A DNA stretch of 64,000 nucleotides from Octopus sinensis. Taxonomy: Eukaryota. The notes beneath the pieces are model-generated. The model saw only the letters and a list, made by a program, of their open reading frames with translations. It was not told where the DNA came from and did not search any database. Shown here one piece after another: positions 13,467-27,577 of the stretch; positions within the stretch are counted from its first letter, which is position 1, and every line of letters starts with the position of its first letter. A program made the position numbers and the translations under genes. The stretch spans positions 32,798,001 through 32,862,000 of the forward strand of contig NC_043004.1 of NCBI RefSeq assembly GCF_006345805.1, given 5' to 3'.

Positions 13467-13697
13467 GGCGGCGAGCTGGCAGAGACGTTAGCACCTCGGG
13501 CGAAAGGCTTAGCGGTATTTCGCCTGTCGTTACGTTCTGAGTTCAAATTCCGCCAAGGTCGACTTTGCCTTTCATCCTTTCGGGGTCGATAAATTAAGTA
13601 CCAGTTACGCACTGGGGTCGATGTAATCGACTTAATACCTATATCTGTCCTTGTTTGTCCCCTCTGTGTTTAGCCCCTTGTGGGTAATAAAGAAATA
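13467..13697 (+). mobile_element. SINE family A, full length with target-site duplication
   Basis: Full head and body; flanked by ggttca(a/c)ttgggca. Confidence 0.85.
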
Positions 13698-13989
13698 GGT
13701 TCACTTGGGCAGCTCGCTTTTTTCGATGACAGCGGCGAGTTTATTTAGACCAGTCCTCTCTGTGTCATTCTGTTTCCATCTGAAGGGCTTGAGTGTGTTG
13801 CTGAGGGCTGTGACCCGAGAGAATCCTAAGAAACATCTTTTCTCGCCAGGGGGCGCTGCATCTCATTTTGAGTAGCGCTGTTTTATACCCGACCCTTCAG
13901 ATAATTACGATTGTCTATGTCAGAAGTCATCATAACTATAACTGAATCTCTATTTCTTAAAGGAATTGGTCTTGTTTAGGAAGCGAGGG

Positions 13990-14482
13990 AGAGATGAAGA
14001 GAAAGAGGGAAAGGAGAGAGTGGAAATGATTGAGAGAGTCAGCGAGAAAGATAGAGAGAGAGAGAGACAGAGAGAAAGAGAGAGAGAGAAAAAAAGAAAG
14101 AGAGACACAAAGACAAACAGAGAGGGAGATCAAGAGAGAGAAAAACAGAGAGAAAGAGAGAGAGATACAGACAGACAGACAGAAACAGAGAAGAGAGAGA
14201 GAGAGAGAGATAGATAGATAGAGAGAGAGAGAAGAGAGAGAGGAGATCAGAGGAGAGAGAGAGAGAAACAGAGAGGGAGATCAAGAGAGAGAGATACAGA
14301 CAAGCAGAAAGAGAGACAGACAGACAAAAAGAGAGAGAAAGAGAGAGAGAAAGAGAGAGACAAAGGGACAGGCAGAGAAACAGAGAGAGAGAGAGACAGA
14401 CAGACAAACAGAGAGGGAGAGAGAGAAAGAAAGAGACAAATAGACAGACAAACAGAGATCAAGAGAGTGTATATGTGTGTTG

Positions 14483-14535
<53 letters not shown>

Positions 14536-14844
14536 GCGAGAAACAGAGAGGAGGAGGAAGAGATCAAGCGAGAGGAGCAGACAAGCAGAAAGAGAGACAG
14601 ACAGACAAAAGAGAGAGAAAGAGAGAGAGAAAGAGAGGACAAAGGGACAGGCAGAGAAACAGAGAGAGAGAGAGGACAGACAGACAAACAGAGAGGGAGA
14701 GAGAGAAAGAACGAGACAAATAGACAGACAAACAGAGATCAAGAGAGTGTATATGGTGTGTGAGAGGGAGAGAGAGAGATAGAGAGAGAGAGGGGAGAGA
14801 AAGAGAGAGAGAGAGGGAGGGAGAGAGAGAGGGAGAGAGAGAGG

Positions 14845-14882
<38 letters not shown>
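13990..14882. repeat. (GA)n/(GACA)n low-complexity tract with ~280-nt higher-order duplication
   Basis: Purine-rich tract; gacaaacagagatcaagagagtgtatatg recurs at ~14447 and ~14727. Confidence 0.85.
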
Positions 14883-14886
<4 letters not shown>

Positions 14887-15121
14887 ATATCGTGGAGCTC
14901 ATTCCATTCTCTATATCTTACATTTAGTCATGTAATGAAACTAAATCGCCCCATGGGAGAAATCGAAACCAGATCACCGAGTGCATTTATCAAAATTTAT
15001 CTCGACTGCAGTCAGTTTTCAAGACATAAGGAGAGAGATAAATTATTGCCTCCTCTTCTCCCTCCCACTCGACCTCATCAGAAAACTGAGATGCAGTAGT
15101 CGAATGTATTTGCGTATACGC

Positions 15122-15192
<71 letters not shown>

Positions 15193-15881
15193 CATATATA
15201 TATATATATATATCGAAAAGCAGGCACGTATATTAGACATCCGTTCATTCATATACATATATGCACATATACATATATACACACATATGTATACAAATAC
15301 ACGTACATATATATAAATGAACATGTATATAAATATGCATACATATCTGTCTGTAAGTTGTTAGAAACTTCATTACACACATGCTGACACATTACGTACA
15401 CATTCATACACACATAAACACATGCGCACACACATATATGTATGTATATGTGTGCGTGTGTGTGTGTATGCATATTTATATATATGCATTTATACATACA
15501 TACACAGTTATATACATTTGCGTAAACATGCGACATACACGCACATATATATAAAAACATACCAACACTAATTGAAGTTTTAACATCCACCCACACACAC
15601 ACACGTATATATACATATGTGTGTGTGTGTGTGTATACATATATATAATGTATGTATGTATGTATGTACATATGTGTGTGTACAAATATATATATGTATG
15701 TAAATATGTGTATGTATATATATATGCATGTAGGTAAGTTTGTATATGTATGTATGTATATATATATATTATATATATATATATATATTAACATATAAAT
15801 ACATATATATATACATATATATATACATACGTGCATACACACAAATATATGCATGTAGGTAAGTTTGTATATATATATATA

Positions 15882-15912
<31 letters not shown>

Positions 15913-15939
15913 ACATATATATATATATATATATATACA

Positions 15940-16006
<67 letters not shown>

Positions 16007-16330
16007 ATGCTAAAACATGAATTAGTGACGCTGGCTGCGTCCGTGCGAAACTGTTTACGCTAAGTTTACTTGTTAACCAGACGTTTAATATGAGACAAAC
16101 TGAAAACTTATTTAAAAAAATATATATATATAAATAAAATCTGTTTAAATAAATAGATAAATAAATAAACCTTCCTTGAAAGCAAATATACACTGTTAAT
16201 TAATCTTGTAATAATACCAAGGTAAAAATAATCGTTACTTCTAAAATATTCTAATATACGTATGTGTATATGTAGATATACTTGTGTATATAGTATGTAT
16301 ATGTATATATATAATAATATAATATATATA

Positions 16331-16374
<44 letters not shown>

Positions 16375-16448
16375 ATATGTATATACATATATATATATGT
16401 ATATATGTATATATATATGTATATATATATGTATGTGTATATATATAT

Positions 16449-16490
<42 letters not shown>

Positions 16491-16884
16491 TTGATACACA
16501 ACTAAGTTCTTATATATAATGCATAAATGGATATAGATAATTATATTGACTAATTAGTATTTGATTGCATTAATTGTCTTTGTGTGCATGTGCGTGCATG
16601 TATGTGTGTATGTATTTGTGTCTGCGCAATCGCATGTATAGATACTTCTGTATATGATGTGTAGTGCATATACACACACACAGACAGTCACACACATATA
16701 CGTGTGTGTGTGTATATATATATTTATATGTATTTGTATGTATATATATATATGTGTGTGTGTGTGTGTATATATATATCTATACCAATGCATATATATG
16801 CACACTTATATATATATTTACATGTATATATATATACACACACATATATATGTATGTGTGTGTATATATATATTTATACATGTA

Positions 16885-16915
<31 letters not shown>

Positions 16916-16954
16916 TTATTATATATTTTTATAAATTATCTTTATATCTATATT

Positions 16955-16996
<42 letters not shown>

Positions 16997-17379
16997 TATA
17001 TATATATATAATATATATTTGTATATCTATATGTATATATTTATCTCTACATGTATATGTGTGTATTATATATATATATAAGGAGAGTTCACGAAAAAAA
17101 AACTAAAGACGAAGACAGGTGGTATATAAAACAAACAGATGTATTAGTATAAAGCTCAGGAAATTGAAACAGTCTTTTACGTTTCGAGCCTACGCTCTTC
17201 TACAGAAAAGGACACAGAAAAAAAACAAGGAGAGAAATAAGGAGAGAGAAAAATGTGTGCAGTGGCTACCGATCTATCATGCCGATATAATATATATTAT
17301 ATATATATATATTAAATCTAGAAAACGGAACAAGAACGTAACGGACGACACACACACACACACATTAATATGTATGATA

Positions 17380-17421
<42 letters not shown>

Positions 17422-17570
17422 ATATATATAATATAATATATATGTGTGTGTGTGTGTATATATATACACATATATATATAATATATATGTGTATTATATA
17501 TGTAATATATATATGTAAAAACACACACACACATAAATATATGTATACACACACACATACGTATATATAC
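15122..17570. repeat. Compound (TA)n/(CA)n/(TG)n microsatellite region with short unique inserts
   Basis: Directly visible. Confidence 0.9.
17174..17210 (-). ncRNA. Minimal type I hammerhead-like motif, variant core CUGUAGA
   Basis: Minus strand: CUUUU CUGUAGA A GAGC-GUAG-GCUC GAAA CG UA/AAAG. Stem III is the palindrome ACGU; A6 is replaced by U. Confidence 0.55.
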
Positions 17571-17632
17571 ATAGAGTCGTACAATGAATAATAATGAAGT
17601 TAAAGGAAGTAATGGTATTTTGAATGCGTTTA

Positions 17633-17715
17633 GTACCTACGTTTCAAGTAATTGCGCAATATATATATAGAGCGAGAGGGAATTTCATCTCTTACGCAAA
17701 ATCTTCCTCAGTTAC
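17633..17715 (-). ncRNA. Degenerate type I hammerhead motif
   Basis: Minus strand: GUAA CUGAGGA AG..UUGCGUAA...UUGCGCAA..CUU GAAA CG UA/GGUAC. Stem I is partly broken. Confidence 0.45.
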
Positions 17716-17969
17716 GTCTTAATTCAAAATAGTTTTTATTATCCTCCAGCTTCTAATTGGTTTCACTCCAATATATATATATATATGTATATGCACATGC
17801 TTACATTCAGATATTCATACCGATATTCATAATCGTCCGAAAATTGGCTGCGAGAGACTCGCAGTAAAGATTTGCAAAGTTTTTCAGTTTCTAATGAATT
17901 ATGTCCCTCTACTATCGGCATTGAGCAAACACTTTCCTCCTCTCGTTTTGTATCTATTAGTTTATAAAC

Positions 17970-18087
17970 CTATACATACATACATACATACATACATACA
18001 TACATACATACATACATACATACATACATGTAAGTATAAATGCATGCATACATACATAATGCATACATGCATGCATACATACATACA

Positions 18088-18118
<31 letters not shown>

Positions 18119-18319
18119 TACATACAAGCATACATTCACATTGTCACATATGTACAAATACACAAACACTCACACACACACCACACACACACACATACGT
18201 ACGCATTGTTTACTTAAACTGAAGAATCGCAATCTATATCAAATATTGTAACTCCGACTTTCTTATTTTCTCCACTTCCTTTCAATATCGATATGCATAC
18301 ATATATATGTGCGTGTATG

Positions 18320-18351
<32 letters not shown>

Positions 18352-19990
18352 ATATATATATTATATATATGTATTTATACATATGTATATATATATATGT
18401 GTGTATGAGTATACACTTCCTCACACACAGACATACATATATACACGCTTAAAGTAAAAACAAAAACTAAAAGAAAACACAACACACATCCATTCACATC
18501 ACACAGGATAATCACTCTAATTTAAGATTTTTATTATCCTCAAGCTTCTAATGAAAATTCAGATAATACCAAACATTAAAAATAAAAAACAACAACAACA
18601 AAGTAATAAAATTAATTAAAGCGAAATTGTTCAAAGCTAGATTTCTGGTTTACATCTTCTTGGTGCATGTTAAAACAGTCGTGTAAGAGATTTAACAAGA
18701 GAACAGATAGTCTTCATTTTGATACAGACATCAGATCGTCTGCACTTTCATTTGTCTTGTCTTTCATTTTCCGCCATTGCAATTTTTTTTTTTTTTGGCT
18801 GAGTAAATCAGTGAATGTTGTTGCATAGCGCCAGGTCAATCTCGATTAAAAAGACTAATGATTAAAATATAGTCCAGCCGTGACTGTCTCGCTTTATTTC
18901 AGGCAACAAAGTTGTACTGTGGAAGTTTTTGTTTAGCACCAAGTTAATCCAGATCAAACAGATGTATAATGAAAAAATATTCCAGCTATGACAATCGCAT
19001 ACTTTCAGGCATCTAGATTGGACCAACGAAATTATCCAAGTGTTCTGTCCTTCCTTTATTTCAGGTCAAAGTCTGTTTTTTATTAATAAATGCTTGCTAC
19101 TTCTATTAAGTTTCCAGTCCACCACGTATAAATACCAGCGGCAAAAGATCAGCTTACAATTGTTCATCTGCCGAAACGTAACACACAGAAACCCATTTGG
19201 ATTTTCTAGTGTTATTTAAAAAGATTTTGAAATGGAGCGCACAGACGTACACACATTAATTTCCCTCTCTCACTCTATACATACATTCGTACTTACATAT
19301 ATACGTAATTGCAAACATGCATACATACACGCATGCATACATACATGTATACTTACATTCTTGCATACGTACATGCATTCATATGCATATAAACATACAT
19401 GCATACATATATACATGCATGCATAGTGCATAGACGCATACATACAAGCATTCACACTCACATACATGCACGCATACATGCATACATACATGCATTCATA
19501 AATGTATACACAAATACCTATGCATATATACACATATACATATATACATATATGCATACATACATCCATGGATATATACATATTTAGATACATATATAAA
19601 CATGTATACATACATATATACATACATACAGGCATATACATACATATATACATAAACACACATATATGCTGCATACATATGTATATACATACATGCATAT
19701 ACATACATGTATGCATCTATAGACACATGCGTTCATGCGCGCATACATAAATACATACATGCATACATACACGCATACATACACACATACATGCATGCAT
19801 ATACATATGTGCATGCATACATACATACATACGTGCATACATACATACGTACATACATACATAAATACACACATACATACATACATACATACATACATAC
19901 ATACATACATACATACGTACGTACGTACGTACATACATACATACCTACATACATACATGCATACATACATACATACATACATACATAATA
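17970..19990. repeat. (TACA)n and mixed TA/CA microsatellite blocks (17970-18400, 19270-19990)
   Basis: Directly visible; source of the HTYI/MYVC pseudo-ORFs. Confidence 0.9.
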
Positions 19991-20350
19991 TTGTATGTAT
20001 ATATATTGTTGTATATAGGGACGGTCATGTTGCCAGTTTAGCCAATGAAAACACACGCGCACTATATATTTGGTGTTCCTTTGCTTCGGCTTTATTTTAT
20101 ATTAATTATATTTCGGCCAAAGTTTTTTCGTCACACTTCTGTGACCTCGTCAGTTGCTTTCTTCTTTCTTTTTTTGTGTTTCTCCTCACTAACGATCTGC
20201 CATTTTATATTCCTGTTGTAAGTGTCTTTATTTGCGCATGCGTATACCCTGTGTGTGTTTATGTTTAGTGTGTGTGTGTGTGTGTGTGGGAATGTGTATT
20301 GTACCTGCATTATCAGCATCCCCTACTTGTTTACTCGAGCAGACGTTGTC

Positions 20351-20412
<62 letters not shown>

Positions 20413-21477
20413 TTTGACCTGTGTTGAAAGTAAACCGTAATGAGTTTCAGAGTAAACCATTCTTCACAGTCTTGGGCTCATTGTTGATGGCTTTTGGTGC
20501 CGAAATCAAGAAAATATCCCCCCCCTCACCGTTGATGTCATAGTTAAAAGATGTCCCATTATATTAATGGATAAACGTCAGTTCAACGTCCGTCATTCTC
20601 TCTCGGTCTAATCTGTTTGTTTTGAGTATTGTTTGAAGCAAAGTATGGGATGGATTGTCAATGATTAACTGTCTTAAAGTCTCTCTTATATTTGCTCTGG
20701 TCATTAGCCTACAATCGAATTTCTAGGTGAAATGACATAAATTGATATTATCAAATGACAGAATCGATATTATTCGGCATAATGCATGCTATGTTACAAA
20801 GACAAATAAAATTTGGAAATAATTAATTTCAAAGTGATACCTTTTGGAGAAATTTATTAATGCACATAACACGGAACGCATTGCGCCTTGATGAAGGGGC
20901 AACACATTTGGTGGAGATCGTTTTCAGTGAAATCTAATCGATAAATATCATTTACTGCGGAGCTGATTTAACCACAGATTGGCTTGATATAATTCTCAAA
21001 GGCAGTGAAACCTATTTAGTCATCAAAATTTCCATAAACATCGTTTGTTCGACTTAGTTTACCGTAGAATTAGTTTAGATCAGGGGTCAGCAAACTGCTT
21101 ATGTCATTGACCCCTTTACGGAATCGGTGATAAATTATCGAAATAAAATTCCTTGACTTTAAAAACATTAATCCCTTCGTTCTTTTGCGCCATTTTCGCT
21201 TTTTAGTAGGGAAGATGTAAAGAATTTTAATGAAAATACTTTGCGAAATTGATAAAGAACATAACATCAGAAGTGGAATTTTTCTTTTCTTTCAGGCACA
21301 GACGTGGCTGTATTTTATGAAGCTTGCTTTGCAACTACATGGTTCTGGGTTCAGTCCCACTGCGTGGCACCTTGAGCATGTATCTCCTACTATAGCCTCG
21401 GGCCGACCAAGGCCTTGTGAACGAATGGATTTGGTGGACGGAAACCGAAAGAAGTCCGTATATATATATATATATAT

Positions 21478-21856
21478 AAGAAATACTGAATTTCTAAATC
21501 TCTCGTAGAGACATGTACGGTGGTGGGGCGATAGAATGGTTGTATACTGTCAATCTAACAAGAACGTGACAGTAGGGGGGTACACCACCGCTGTATAGCC
21601 CTAGGAAGCATAGAACGCCTCCTGATGGCTTTGACACATTTGTAGGCCGATGAAGGACAATGATCCTGAAACACGTGTCCCTAGATGCAGCTTCGGCGGC
21701 CGGGGGTGTTTGTCTCCCCTTCGTAAATGTATATAAGGACACAGGGAAAAATGTGTCAAAGCCATCAGGAGGCGTTCGATGCTTCCTAGGGCTATACAGC
21801 GGTGGTGTACCCCCCTACTGTCACGTTCGTGTTAGATTAACAGTATACAACCATTC

Positions 21857-21860
<4 letters not shown>
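21478..21860. mobile_element. (TA)n-inserted non-coding element with inverted arms and a hammerhead (PLE pLTR / retrozyme-like)
   Basis: Arms 21531-21641 and 21749-21860 are near-perfect reverse complements; the hammerhead lies in the spacer. Confidence 0.75.
21643..21683 (+). ncRNA. Type I hammerhead ribozyme (U4C variant)
   Basis: UAGG CCGAUGA AGGA-CAAUGA-UCCU GAAA CACGUG UC/CCUA. All three stems pair and stem III is the palindrome ACACGUGU. Predicted cut after GUC (21679). Confidence 0.7.
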
Positions 21861-21899
<39 letters not shown>

Positions 21900-21941
21900 C
21901 ATACAACGGTCTTCTTTCATATATATCTATATGTGTCTTTG

Positions 21942-21975
<34 letters not shown>

Positions 21976-22229
21976 TTGTACCCCACCACAGCTTGACTAC
22001 CGGTGTTTATGTGTTTATGTCCCCGTAACTTAGCGTTTCGGCAAGAGGGACCGATAGAATAAGCACTAGGCTTAAAAAAGTACTTGGGTCGATTCATGCG
22101 ACCAAAACTTCTTCATGTCGGTGCCTCAGCAACGCCACAGTTTAATGGCTGAAATAAAAAACAAATAAACAAAGAAAAAAAAGAAAGAAAAAGAAATAAC
22201 AGTCACATAAGCATTACTTTATTGGTAAA

Positions 22230-22611
22230 CAAGCAGTATCTTCCGGCGTTGCTCAGGTTTGTTTCGATCATTTAGAATTGGGATTTTTGAAAAGTAAAAA
22301 ATTTGCATTATGCAGCTTTAAGTGAACATTTTTCTGGTTGAAATACAGCGAAAAATGGTGACACAGCAGTCACAAAATCGTAAAAAATAGGGATTTTCAT
22401 AGAAAAAAAGCACCTCTTTGATGTAAATAAATTTTGGTGTTAACATGGTCCAATTTGAATTTTTTTCTTCTACGGAAGGAATAGCAAGCCTTCTTCTATC
22501 ATACTCTCAATTTTGGTCAACTTGCGCCGCAGGGTCTCGGAGGAGATAGTGTTAGTTGAAGGCTATCAAACCTGCCATACACAGACAACTTCAGCTTTAT
22601 ATATAGAGAGA
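22230..22611 (-). mobile_element. Non-autonomous Helitron
   Basis: Same sequence family as 35517-35899 and 52083-52471; the 3' CTAG is mutated. Confidence 0.75.
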
Positions 22612-23160
22612 TGATGGCATAAACTAAAATTTTAAATAGTCTTACATCTTCTTCTTACTATCGGGGTTTGCCATTAAGGGTGCTAAATTAAAATAAAGAG
22701 AAGTAAATTCAAAATGATCAGACGATTGAAAGCGCTCTGCTGGTTAATAAATACACATTTGTATTGAGTGTCTCTGTTACGAGATGTTCGTTAAAAGTGA
22801 GCGCTTGTCATTAATTAGTTTGTCAATCAGCCACTTGGCGTTGCATGTTTCAAGCAAATATCACGTCGTTGAAACATGCAACGCCAAGTGGCTGATTGAC
22901 AACTCTTTCGGCTGCTGTTTTCCCCAAGGAAAAAAACAGAATTTCACGGAAGCCATCGCAAAAATCCACGAACAGGAGAGAAGCACTGCAAAAAAGACGC
23001 ACCATGTGGTAGTACGACATCAACAGACGCCGGTCGGCAGACATGCCTGAGGGTCGCATCAAGTGGTTTCTAGCGGTGGAAGCCTGAACTACAACGTGCT
23101 TGTCCCCAGAGAACGTTTCCAGTTACTTACATATATATACATATGTACATACATGTATAC

Positions 23161-23209
<49 letters not shown>

Positions 23210-24051
23210 TGTGTGTGTACACGCACGCACGCACTCACACACACATACATTTGTGTGCGTATATGTGTATGAGAGAGGAAGATTACATACGTGTTTGTAC
23301 GTTTCTGCTGATTCAGCACATTCTAAACAATATGCAATAAACACGCATAATAGGGAGGTTACAGACCCAGTTTTCTGCGAAAACCTAATGTTTTAATTTC
23401 CTATGTTGAGTTACGTAATTTCAACATTACTTCAAAAGTTTAGATTTCAAAACCTAAGACAATAGATTCTAAAACACAACTATTAGATACGGTTAATATT
23501 TTCCATTAGTATAGGTTGGCAAAGGTTAGTTCTACTGAATATAAATTTTCTGGTCAAATAATTATTATTCTTGAAAATAAATAAAAACATTGAAGAAACC
23601 AAATAAGCCAGCACTGCTGTAGAATTAACAAATATTAAAGATCTTTCCTAAACCTACATCGATTTAAATATATAACCATAGACGTCCGTACACGACCAGA
23701 GCTTCTTCTGTGGGCCATCACCCGCAACAGAGATAACACGATGCACATTATATGAGATGATCCATTGAACAATTAACAGTTCTAACATGAATTCATGAAT
23801 TCAAAGTTGGCCAATTCTCAATAATTATCTCTGCTTGATAAATAATCAATTCCGTTTAGCTTTTTTTTCTCTTTTCTTTCTGATTTGTAATTTAATCTTC
23901 ACCTCAAAGTTCGTCAACTTCATTCATTAAGACACGCTAAAAGATAATAATTGTCTTTTTTTTACTAAAGTACATCCATCCATATGTGTGCGTGTGCGCG
24001 TGCGCGTCTGTTTGCATGTATATACGTATCTTGTATACGTATATGCATATA

Positions 24052-24420
24052 GGCGTGGCTGTGTGCGAAGAAGCTTGCTTCCCAACAACATGGTGCCGGG
24101 TTCAGTACCACTGCTTAGCACCTTGGGCAAGTGTCTCCTTGGGTAAATATCGGGCCGACCAAAACCTAGTGAGTGGATTTGGTAGATGGAAACTGAAAGA
24201 AGTCCGTTGTATATATCTATATATATTTATATATTTGTATATGTATGTCAACCGATGTTGGTGTGTTTTCGTCCCCGTAAAACTAGCGGTTCAGCAAAAG
24301 AGACTGATAAAATATGTACTAGGGTTACAAAGAATACGTCTTGGGGTCGATTTATTCGATTGAAGACGCTCCTCCAGCATGGCCGCAGTCAAATGACTGA
24401 AACAAGTAAAACTGTAAAAG
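24052..24420 (+). mobile_element. SINE family B
   Basis: tRNA-like head, internal TA tract, tail ccagcatggccgcagtcaaatgactgaaacaagtaaaa. Confidence 0.8.
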
Positions 24421-24459
24421 AGTATGTACATTTATATATATAATATATATATATATAAT

Positions 24460-24502
<43 letters not shown>

Positions 24503-24555
24503 GTGTGTGTGTGTATATATAGACACACACACACCACACACACATATATATACAC

Positions 24556-25618
24556 GCAAATTTGTTGTTGAAAATGCACTTAAATTTGAAAAACTTGAAA
24601 TTGTTTTAAAACAAAATTATTTACATATATACCAAACTAGTTTCAGCAATTTTTTTTGTTTATCAATGGTAAAAATTTAGAATTATGAATTAGAAAAACA
24701 TGTTTAAAACTTTCAATGTTGACAGGTTTAAATGTTCATAACAGTCAATAATATAAAAACTGCGGATCAACTTGTTTAAATGTACGAAATTCAAAAGTGT
24801 TAGTAGTGTAAGTAGACAAGAAATGAATATCATCAACGTTTCACAGCAAATACAACAAAATGAGAATCACAGAAACTGTAAACCGAATCCCTTTTTTACT
24901 ATCTTCATTTCTCCCTTGTTTTTCTCCCTCTTAACACAGTATGACTGAAACTTTGATGATATTCATTTCTTGTCGACCACTATTAACACTACTAACACTA
25001 CTAAATTTTGTACATTTAAACATGTTGATCCACAGTTTTTATATTATTGACTGTTATGAACATTTAAACCTGTCAACGTTGAAATTTTAAAACATGTTTT
25101 TCTAATTCATAATTCTAAATTTTTACCATTGATAAACAAAAAAATATTGTTGAAGCTAGTTTGGTATATATTCTCTTTTACTCTTTTATTTGTTGCAGTC
25201 ATTTGATTGCGGCCATGCTGGAGCACCGCCTTGAGTCGAACAAATCGACCCCAGAACTCATTCTTTGTAAGCCTAGTACTTATTCTATCGGCCTCTTTTG
25301 CCGAACCGCAAAGTTACGTGGACGTAATCACACCAGCATCAGTTGTCAAGAGATGATGGGAGACAAACACACAGACACACAAACATACACACACACATAT
25401 ATATATAAATACGACGGGCTTCTTTCAGTTTCCGTCTACCAAATCCACTCACAAGGCTTTAGTTGGCCCAAGGCTATAATAGAAGACACTTGCCCAAGGC
25501 ACCACGCAGTAAGACTGAACCCGGAGCCATGTGGTTGGTAAGCAAGGTACTTACCACACAGCCACTTATTTAAAAACAAGTGTTTCAAATTTAGGTGCAT
25601 TTTCAACAACAAATTTGC
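24556..25618. mobile_element. Large foldback element (~290-bp arms) with right arm split by a SINE
   Basis: 24556-24843 is reverse-complementary to 24946-25170 plus 25570-25618. Confidence 0.8.
25171..25566 (-). mobile_element. SINE family B nested in the foldback arm
   Basis: Reverse complement of the family B consensus. Confidence 0.85.
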
Positions 25619-25726
25619 CTATATGTTTTCCTGCGTGGAAATACAACCCACTCTTTTGTTATATATATATATATATATATATATATTGATAGACATACGG
25701 ACAGACAGATAGATAGATAGATAGAC

Positions 25727-25802
<76 letters not shown>

Positions 25803-26470
25803 AACTAGGATAATCAAGTTTATGTCGTTTATTTCCTCCGTGCGTCTCACCATTTTGGTTGTATGAAATTCTGCATCGAATGTTCCAAGTTGAATTGATT
25901 TCTTAAACACAACGGCTCATCAAAGAGCACTTTATTGCACTTTGTTACTGAAATCCAATGTCTCTGTTGCATAATGCAAAATTAGATGCCTTTAAAAAAT
26001 GCAATAAAGAGTTCATCGATGATCCGTCGTGGTTAAGCATCCACTTGCTCTAAGAACACCCGATACTGAGTTCCCCACAATGGTGAAACGAACGTAGGAA
26101 CTAATAATTAATACTTCTGTTTATCGTAATTTCTCTGACCTTCGTTCTGTATATCATAACTAGTAATACTATTTAATATAGTTGCAATCAAACCACTCTG
26201 AGCAGACTGGATGACGATAATCTATGTGGAGCTCTAAACTCAAGTATAGCTGTCGTACATCGAATACAAGGTATAATATGCAGACACACAGGCATGCGCG
26301 CGCACACACATCCATATATATATACAAACATATATATGCATGTATTTACATATGTATGAGCATCTCTCACTGACTCTGTCTCTGTCAGTCCATCTATCTG
26401 TCTCTCTGTCGCTATCTATATACACACCCATACATGTATGTATACATACATGTATATATACATGCACATA

Positions 26471-26526
<56 letters not shown>

Positions 26527-27278
26527 GAGAGAGAGAGAGAGAGAGAGAGACAACACCACAATATATATATATAATACATTAGAAAGTGAGCCTGTTACAT
26601 TCGTAACCTTAGTGTGATGTAATTTTTTTCCATATGTTTTTTCGAGTGCATTCAACGTATCTCACCCCAAAAGATTTGTTTGCTATTTCTAGCATGCACT
26701 ACTACCACGTAACAGCTATTTGCAATAAAGGACCCAAAATACCTGTTACGTGGTAGCAGGGCGTGCAAGAAATAGTAGTCAAATCTTCCCTTTTCTGGGG
26801 AAAGGAGCCGTTTACCCGTGATTTCGATGTCACATTCGTTGAAAGTATGCGAAATAACGTGGAAAAGAAAGACATAACTCACGAAACAAAACTCCATTGT
26901 TGGGAAATTCAGACTTTCCTGGTGACCCAACGGTTCACGGGTAGTCTAGACTAGTATATATGCGTGTTTGTGCATTCGGAAACCACCCTATGTACACAGA
27001 CACACACAGACATGTTTATGAATACGCATATTTATAAATACACGGGGCGTATGAGAGAAAAAGAAAAAGCAAATAAAAGTATCCACTAATTATTGATTAT
27101 TCTAATTACATTTATTTCGCTGATGTCTTTGTCCTTTTCTTTAGTTTTCACGAATGCTTGATCAATCAGACGGCCATAATGAGATTTTTTTATTAGACTC
27201 CAGCATGGGCTTTTGATGGATTAAATATTCCTGTAAAATTATAGTAACAGTAGAAGGCAAGTATAAACATCACACACA

Positions 27279-27326
<48 letters not shown>

Positions 27327-27577
27327 TTCGTTGTTATGTTAAACTGTCGTTTGTCCAAATTTAGTCAAAGGCGTTTTTTTTTCAATATCTATTTTTGCCA
27401 GTTCTTTTGGTCAAACTATCGTATCTCCAGCTGCTTCAGATGCCAAGATATCAAAAAATTGTCAAAGTGTAGTACAACGGTTTTGCTATGGAATGGTGAT
27501 ACTATTTTTTCGTTTTCTGAAAATTAACGTTTTAGACTTACGACACTTTTGCACAACAGCAACGATTATATATATTA

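Larger units (their letters stand above)
21296..22160 (+). mobile_element. SINE family B interrupted at its internal (TA)n by a hammerhead-bearing insert
   Basis: Head and body 21296-21460 (gtggctg...gggttcagtcccactgcgtggcacctt); the 3' half resumes at ~21970. Confidence 0.75.
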
